From Eledone cirrhosa (lineage: Eukaryota): 64,000 nucleotides of DNA. How positions within the stretch are numbered: position 1 is the stretch's first letter; every line of letters starts with the position of its first letter. Under the pieces are notes generated by a model. The model worked only from the letters and a program-made list of their open reading frames with translations. It did not search any database and was not told where the DNA came from. The DNA lies in contig OZ024742.1 of assembly GCA_964016885.1 (NCBI GenBank), forward strand, positions 248,992,001-249,056,000, read 5' to 3'. This document shows, in pieces, positions 55,946-64,000 of the stretch. The position numbers were made by a program, and so were the translations under genes.

Positions 55946-56021
55946 ACCAAATATGGCGTCATAATCCCACGTCCCCATATTGCAATAGCTGTGTTCTTTT
56001 CCTTCAGACAGGAACGAGATC
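55946..56021 (-). CDS. Candidate exon
   Basis: Strong acceptor tctttcttttctttag|, donor gtaata. xISFLSEGKEHSYCNMGTWDYDAIFG (a second frame is also open). Confidence 0.35.
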
Positions 56022-56129
56022 CTAAAGAAAAGAAAGATTAATTAATACAGAGGCAGATGAGCTTTAGATATAAAGATCAAAAGAAAGGGCAGTAATTTAG
56101 GTGACTCTGATCATACTATATTCATTGCC

Positions 56130-58310
56130 AATCTATCCCTCATGGGCAGTAACAAAAACTACAACCATCTCCAAGCTGCTTACTTTGACTGGAATAAAGC
56201 AGACTGGAACTGTTATTGCACCGAGCTGCAACGTCCAAACTGGCTTGAGTTTTATGACTCTAGAGAAGTCAACACTGTACTCCAGAACATCCTGAACTCA
56301 ATATGGACAGCATGCCGCATCGGTGCCACGTAAGCAGAAAAACATCCCAAAAGTGCAATTTGGGAGACTGCAGCAGTCCGTCTTTCCATGAAAGAACGTC
56401 GTAATGCTGAGTACAAACTGCATAAATCTGATATCAATAGGAACAAGCGAAATAAATCATCCAACCATCTTAAGCAGGTGACAAAAAAGGCAGTGCTTGA
56501 ATTTGGGCAGCGCATAGCAACCAACCCTGATAGTAAGGTGTTCTGGTAGTATGTTCATTCAAAGCAGAGGCCTCACTCTCCAGTAGGTCCTCTTCGCAAT
56601 CCTCACACAAGCCAGGTTACTGACGACCCCAAGGAATGCGCAGAACTCATTGCTGAATGCTATGCAAGAATTTTCACTATAGAAGACCAGAGTGTACCAT
56701 CTCCACCACCTCAGACATCTGATTCTATTACAACTATGGAATTTACACCTGCAATGCTGCACCTTAAAAAATAAACGCAACCATGCCTCTCCAGGTCTTG
56801 ATGGTGTTACGCACCTGCTTCTCAAACATAGTAGGTACTTCGTTCTACACTAGCTATCACGCTTCTTCCAATTCTGTCTGAACAACGGTGCTACTCCAGT
56901 GGAAAACTGCCAGTGTCATTCGTCTGTTCAAAAAGAGTGACCGTACAATACCTATGAACAATCGTCCAGGCAGTCTTACTAGCTGCATTGCCAAACTGAT
57001 GGAATCCTGTGTCAGAGAAACACTTTAGAATTTCTGGAAATCTCACAGTCTTATCCGGCCCTCGCAATTTGGATTTATCCCTAACTCCAGCTGCTGTGAT
57101 CAACTTATCAAGTTTCTTGAAGACATCACTCAGATCACTGATGGCGGCTCATGGGTGGATGTTGTTTACCTTGACTTTGCTAAAGTTTTCAAATCTGTGC
57201 CACACAAAAGACTTATGGCAAAACTCTCTGCAATGGGTGTGAAGGATGATCTTTTTAACTGGTTGAAGTCCTTCATTCTCAGTCGAAGAGAAGTAGTCAC
57301 GGTTCTAGGACAGCATTCCTCACCGTACGAGATGTCATCTGATGTACCACAGGGATCTGTTCTTGGCCTCCTTTTGATTGTGGCATATATTAATGATATA
57401 GATTACAACTTAAAGATAAATAGGACAGATCCTGAACACTATAGATCTTGCCTGCAATCTGACCTGGACACAATGCAACATTGGATCACGGACTGGCAAC
57501 TAAACTTGGCTGTGGACAAATGTACCGCCATGCATTTTGAGGGTAAAATCCCAGCGTCCACATACTCCCTCCACAACACTAATACCAAGAAGTCTTCTTG
57601 TGTACGTGACCTGGGCATTACTGTCAGCAGCGATTTGCGTTGGACGAAGCACCTCTCTAAAATTGTCAAGAAGGCCGAGGGTGTCTTAGCATCACTCAGC
57701 AAGACCTTTGTCAGCTATCTATTTAAAGCTGTATATAGCTATGGTGCGGCCACACTTAGAATTTGCATCATCAGTCTGGAACCCCTATCCTGTTCAGAAT
57801 ATTGACCGCCTGGAAACTGTTCAGAGACGTGCAACGAAGCGAATACCATCCATTAGGCATCTACCATACTCTGATCGCCTTGCTTCCCTGGGTATGGATA
57901 CATTGAAGCTCTGTCGTCTGGCAACTGACTTGGTAAACACCCACAAAATTATTAACCATATTACCAACAACAGCCCTGAGTACCTTTTTGATTTCCATGT
58001 GTCTAACACACGTGGGAATGGCAACAAAGTCAGAAAACAGCACAGCTCCCTTGTCTTTCGGAAAGTTGCTGAATCTTGGAACAAACTACCTGCTTCAATT
58101 ATTAGCTGTCGAGACACTGCATCCTTTAAAAGATTCGCCAACACTACATCTAATATTCCTCCTGCATACCCACGCACACATGTATATCATGAATCATACA
58201 CTATTCACTTCTCCGACTTTGTATATTATTCTATGTACTATACATGCACCTTTGATGAGTTGTAGTGCACCTGAGCACTGTACACAATAATTTAATTATT
58301 ATTATTATTT
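56130..58310 (+). mobile_element. CR1-clade LINE, 5'-truncated and degenerate, (ATT)n tail
   Basis: DWNKADW, SPGLDG, DVVYLDFAKVFKSVPHKRL, VPQGSVLG, RDLGITVSSDLRW, VRPHLEFASSVWNP, LETVQRRATK, WNKLP. Confidence 0.92.
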
Positions 58311-59286
58311 TTAATTTGATTGTTAATATGGGGAGATTTTTACATAGTTTATGAAAATGAAGGGCCCATATAAAGAATGAAAAAGAAGAAATGAGGAAGT
58401 GGATAGAAGTGAATAGGTAATATCGGTGATCAGTAAATATGAGCCGTGATATTTAGGGTTTTTTCTTTATCTCCGAAAGGTTGAATTTTCCAATACTCTA
58501 AAATATATTTGTGTATGTAGGAAATCTGCCCTCAAGTTCAGAAAACTTGTGGAGTTGTATAGCTTTTTCGATGTATATCATCTTTCCGCTGCTCACAACT
58601 GACACGTTCTCGAGTTATTTGTATAGAGTCAAGATCTTTCTAATATCTTGTATTTGAAGGAAATATTTGTGTGGGGACTTTTAAGGGTTCACACATGGCT
58701 TACAAGTTCATTGCTTCATTATATTTGAGGCGTTGTCATGTAGATTCTGACCTCCTGCTCTTTGTTTGGTTGGGTCAAGGTGACCTTAGTCACATATATT
58801 ACGGATGTCGCATTACACGGAGAAGACAAGAGGCATGCCTTATATATTTGACAATTAACTCAGTATTTTGTTCGCTTTCACGCTAAGACAGTAGTTCGGA
58901 AACTGGGGCGTGTTACGCAACAAAATGAAAGTGAGTGTGTGTGATCCAGAGAATAAGAGAGGCTGGAAGTAAGAGGTTTGTTTTATGTTTCTTCACGCAT
59001 GATAAAAAATGGAAAACTTTTATATACTGCTAAACAGTTGGGAGAACTAGAAATGTTTAAAGACTTCACATTTTTACTATGGTTACAGGAATAATGGTAA
59101 TTATATCAACTTTGACTTTCATCCTTTCGAGGTCGATAAATATTGTAATTGTCGAGTAGCGATGGATTAGAAAAAACTGTTAAAGGATCGGATAGTATGA
59201 CTTATAGCAGTATCTGACACGGCTTTGTGAATTCTGAGCTCAAATACCAGATCCTTCTGCCTGGAGTTGTGATCAGCATATTTTAC

Positions 59287-59430
59287 CAGCAATGGAAAGT
59301 TTAATGGGGGTATTGTTTCCTTGGACCCATCTGACGATAGGCTTATTCCACTTCTTCCATTTTTGGGAATGACAATATTTACCACTTTTGAAATCACAGA
59401 GTCTAGATTTGTTGTAGTTTTTACAATTCG
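59287..59430 (-). pseudogene. Candidate Cys/Trp-rich exon remnant (MAM-start-like)
   Basis: CKNYNKSRLCDFKSGKYCHSQKWKKWNKPIVRWVQGNNTPIKLSIA G|gtaaaa. The upstream frame is broken. Confidence 0.25.
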
Positions 59431-59597
59431 CAATTAGTGATTACATCGCTAAATTCCGAAGGTCTTTCACAGACATCTTGACTACCAAATCCTCACATAC
59501 AGGTTTCGTATTTGAGTATAATTATCACTAATTGGCCGTAAATCAATCTGATTTGATATTTAAATAATCAACTATATATAAACGTGTGAACACACAC

Positions 59598-59641
<44 letters not shown>

Positions 59642-59674
59642 TGTATATTATATATATACATATTCATATATATT

Positions 59675-59723
<49 letters not shown>

Positions 59724-59917
59724 TCATATGTATTTATTTGTGTGTGTGTGTGGTATAAAAGAAATCATTGAAATATGATGTAGGCGTTTGTGTGAGCATG
59801 TGTGTGTGGCTACGTTGTTTTTGTTATCAAAGAAGGTGAACGGGATAGGGGAAAGATAGAGATAGAGATAGATAGATAGATAAAGAGGAAACAAGAGTGA
59901 ATCTAAGATATGGCGGT

Positions 59918-60006
59918 AGAGGAGGAGGGGGAGGAGGAGGAGGAGGAGGAGGAGGAGGAGGAGGAGGAGGAGGAGGAGAAGAAGAAGAAGAAGAAGAAGA
60001 TGGTGG

Positions 60007-60043
<37 letters not shown>

Positions 60044-60075
60044 GATGGTGATGATGATGATGATGATGATGAGGG
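59918..60075. repeat. (GGA)n(GAA)n(GAT)n compound trinucleotide repeat
   Basis: Direct inspection. Confidence 0.95.
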
Positions 60076-61236
60076 TATGAGAGATAAGAAGAGGGATGAG
60101 GAAGGTGAGATGAGAATGTGTAGACGGGCTAAGTTCGTCATATTCTAGACATCTTACCAGTTATTTTATCAGTATTTCCGTTCTACTTACCGTCTACCTC
60201 ACACTTTCACACTTTCCTTCTATTATCACTTTAACCTTTATACCGATTCACATGTTAGCTCCTTGAAGCATAGCCGAGTATTTAGAACGTTCGCTTTGCG
60301 ACCATAAGATTACATGTTCGGGCCTACTGCCTGATAGTTTGGTGAAGAGTCTTTTACCAAACCATTTAAATGAAACTAGTTGTACGGATTCTTTAACACT
60401 TTAGTATTTACATTACTCTATATTTACCATTATATTTTCATGGTAAAGGCTTTACTTCACATAATTATCTCACATAATATCGAATCTGTGAGATTTTGAT
60501 ATTATTTATTTTGAGAACAATACCTTAACATCAGTATGAGCGACTGGTTACAGCTAGTTTGAACAGAAAGAGGTGAAAGAAATCTGGCCGGATATGGACG
60601 GTTTAAATGCTAAAGGGTTAAAGGCACACACGTCTGTGGATTTCTTACCCTCTTACACGTTAATTCGTGAGCTGGACGTTCAGTTGATCCAACAAATGAA
60701 ACATTGCTCATAAAAACCAATGGAAGATCCAGTATCATCGCCTATAATTCAAAGTCCCTGTGTGTTACGTTGAGGGCTATATATGTCTAAGGAATACACA
60801 GTCACTTACAACATGTACATGTGTCTGTGGAATACTCAGCCATATATAAAACTTGAGCAAATGTATATGCCATAGTTTCAGGTCGATCAAAAACTAGAGA
60901 GTGAAATTGGGTAAATGGAAACGGTAAAAGTCAGTCTGAGAGCCTCTACTTAGAATGCAAATGATGATTATGTTGACAGCATGCGTGTTTGTGGAATACA
61001 CAAGCCCATACGCATTAATTTAATGTGTAGGCCGTTCAATTGATCAAATTAATTGATAGAGTCATCATCTCACCCCATTCTGTAACTCACTAACTCTTTC
61101 TGATCTCACTTTCCCCATACTTAACCCCAATCAGCTCAGATGAATCAGAAATATTATCAAAGTTATACCGACTGTGGCCTTCCCAAATTATACATATTTC
61201 ATTAAATTTACGATTATATTATTAAATGTGTCCCTA

Positions 61237-61885
61237 GGGCGATGGATTGGCAGTATCGGTTGGGCATCGGTCAACATGCTTTGCGGCATAAAGTTACGGC
61301 CCTTTAAGTTATGCGTTCAAATCCCGCTGAGGTGAGCTTTACATTTCATCTTTACGGGGTCTATAAATAAAGAACCAGTAATGCACTGGGCTCGATTTGA
61401 TCGATTTTACCCTCTCGCCAAAACTGTTTGCCTTGTACCCAAATCAGAAATCATTGAATTGGCAGTATCGTTAGAGGGTCGGACGCCATGCTTTGACGCA
61501 TAGAGTTACAGCCCTTAACATTCTGAGTTCAAATCACGCCGAGGTTAACTTTGCCTTTCATCCTTTCGGGGTCGATAAAATAAAGTACCAGTAATGCACT
61601 AGGTAATTGCTGGCCTTGTACCAAAAGTAGAAACAATTATTAAATATGTCCCTGACAGTATAGGTAGGGCGTCGCACAATATGCTTTCTGGTCTATACTT
61701 ATGTTATCTTACAATCTGAATTGAAATCCGTCTAGGTTAGCTTTGTCTCGTAGCCATATGTGGTCGATAAGATAAAATACCCGTAACGCACTGGGACCTA
61801 TTCAATCAACTTTCCCCTTCGATCGATTTAATCAAAATTCCTTTGCAATTGCTCACCTTGGATCAAAACTGAAACAATTATTAAA
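61237..61885 (+). mobile_element. Three SINEs head-to-tail
   Basis: Heads near 61237, 61456 and 61660. Confidence 0.85.
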
Positions 61886-62890
61886 TGTGTTCTCTCTTTA
61901 TCTAATAGATTAAACACATACTGTATAATTTGAGGTAGATCTGTTTTCTATTTCTAGCAAGTGTATCTACCAGGTAGATTCAGTTTACGTGAGATGTTGT
62001 GATATCGCTAGATATAGACTAGTTGATTTATTTACTATAAAACATTCATTCTTCAAATTTTTCTAATTAATTACTCAGCGACGACCACGTAATCGGAGCT
62101 TCCATCCATACCACCATCCTACCTACCACCACACCCTTTCTTCCCTCGGCCACTATCTCTTTTTATCTTAGGTTCAGGAGTTATTTTTTGGTAATCGTCT
62201 GTAAAGAATTGTTAATGAATAAAACACTGTAATCTTCTAGAGAATTCTTCAGATCCTCATTAGTGTCATAGCTAACCTGATGCCACATTGTATCTGCTAA
62301 ATCATTGTTTTTTGTTATTGTTGCTACTGTTGTTAATATTGAAGTAGTCTTGTTGCAGTTTTTAATATTGTTGCAGTAATAATTATTGTTGTTGTAGTTG
62401 AAGCTGTTGCTGTTGCTACTGCTACAGTTGTTATGCTGTTGTTAGTTATTTTGGATATAGCTATTGTTGTTGTTAATATTCTATATGTTGTTATAGTTGT
62501 TTTTAATATTGTTGATGTTGTATTTTCAGATTGTGTTGTGGTTGTCATTTCAAATATTGTAATAACTATTGTAGGTGTGTGTGTGTTTGTATGTGTGCGT
62601 AAATCTTTCTTTGAACGCAGTATAGTCGATTGGTTGAGGTTAGCCTCAAAATTCAAAGGAGCAGCCTTGTCACACAATATCAAAGTGAATCTCCACGAGA
62701 ATTATGTTAGGGGTAAACGAGTCTAAGGGATTCTCAACCACTTACACCTTAATTTCATGAGCAAGTTGTTTCGTTAATTGAAAGATTGGGATACTCATCG
62801 TCGGATCGACAGAGGTCCATTTCCTTTTATACCCCTCTCTGTGTCTGCGCCTTCATCTCTGTGTGTATTTGTGTTGGTATCTCAGTGTGT

Positions 62891-63021
<131 letters not shown>

Positions 63022-63027
63022 TATGTG

Positions 63028-63060
<33 letters not shown>

Positions 63061-63299
63061 GTGTGTATTCCACTTTTGTTTCTGAAAAATCCTTTCCGTT
63101 TTGTAATGCCAAAAAGTTAGAGTTAATAACAAAATTAATAATAACAAGAATAATATCAGTTTCTGACATAAATATGAGAACAGATAGTTGAACACATCGT
63201 GGAATAGCTATGTGGTAGCGTACATGCTATTCATGAGGTATATAAGGAAATGAGGAGATAGAAATGTTTTCTACAATGAGAGCAACGATATAGACTTAC

Positions 63300-63343
63300 G
63301 AATAACATCGACAACTACGTCCTTTGTTGGCGTAGCTTCTAGA
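63300..63343 (-). CDS. Candidate 44-nt exon
   Basis: Acceptor ttaattcttcacag|, donor |gtaagt. xLEATPTKDVVVDVI or SRSYANKGRSCRCY. Confidence 0.4.
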
Positions 63344-63494
63344 CTGTGAAGAATTAAGTAGAAGAATGGTACTTGGTGTGCTATTTCGCGAAAGACCATG
63401 CCTTTTTCTCCGTGGAGTTCAGCAAGGTGTGGGGGAAGATTACAGTACCATTTTGCTGTTGTTGCTGTTGTTGTTATCATCATTAGCTCGGGGA

Positions 63495-63700
63495 ATATAG
63501 AAAATCGTGAGAATATCGGACAAGTGCTTGGCAATATTTAATTATGGCGTTTTACGTTCTGTGTTCAAATCCCTATGCGGTGAACTTTACTTTTTTTCTT
63601 CTGGGGTCGATAAAATAAAGTACCACTTAATTACAGAAGTCGATATATTCGACTTTTCCCATATCCCAAATTGGTGGCCTTGGGCCCAAAACAGATTTAC
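63495..63700 (+). mobile_element. Diverged SINE
   Basis: gttcaaatccc...ggggtcgataaaataaagtacc...ggccttgggcccaaaa. Confidence 0.7.
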
Positions 63701-64000
63701 TGATGAATTAATTCATTGATATCTTTTTTTCTGCCAAACAGGTAATAACGTCTTCAAGAAGAATCAACTCGACATGGTTAAACAATGATATATACAGAAT
63801 GAAGAGTGTACAGTGTTCTTCTATGCCAGATATAGAACTTTTGTCAGCGAGAAAGCCGAAGGCTTCTCTCTATTTACAAGACAGTAAGTAGACCGTCTTC
63901 CTGATTTTTATTATTTCTCACATTAACTAATAAAAACATATTTAGCGCGAGAGTCGAGTTTCCAATACGTATATATATATGAGAACATTTAGGACACCGA

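Noticed and set aside
59897-60148. Gly/Glu/Asp-rich ORF
   Set aside because: Trinucleotide repeat with no splice or homology support.

Overview
AT-rich eukaryotic (animal) genomic DNA dominated by (TA)n/(CA)n/(TACA)n microsatellites and decayed mobile elements. The SINE type and repeat landscape suggest an octopus or other cephalopod (inference). Most ORFs in the supplied track are microsatellite artefacts. Recognisable content: two spliced exons of a Cys-rich host protein (+, 116-1399); several weak candidate exons on the - strand; a Helitron (Rep/PIF1 helicase); Tc1 and mariner relics; R4-like, RTE, CRE-like, Tx1/L1 and CR1 LINE fragments; a Penelope-like element (PLE; RT + GIY-YIG, probably Naiad-type); and many tRNA-derived SINEs with a Meta-like core. 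The main hidden signal is a dense set of minimal type I hammerhead ribozyme (HHR) motifs: about 20 copies from roughly 10 sequence families, from intact to degenerate. They sit in short elements inserted in or beside (TA)n, mostly have a palindromic stem III and a downstream AATAAA, and are often arranged as fold-back inverted duplications. One family carries a U3-A8 core in place of the canonical C3-G8 in all three copies. All folds were read by eye and none has been tested.
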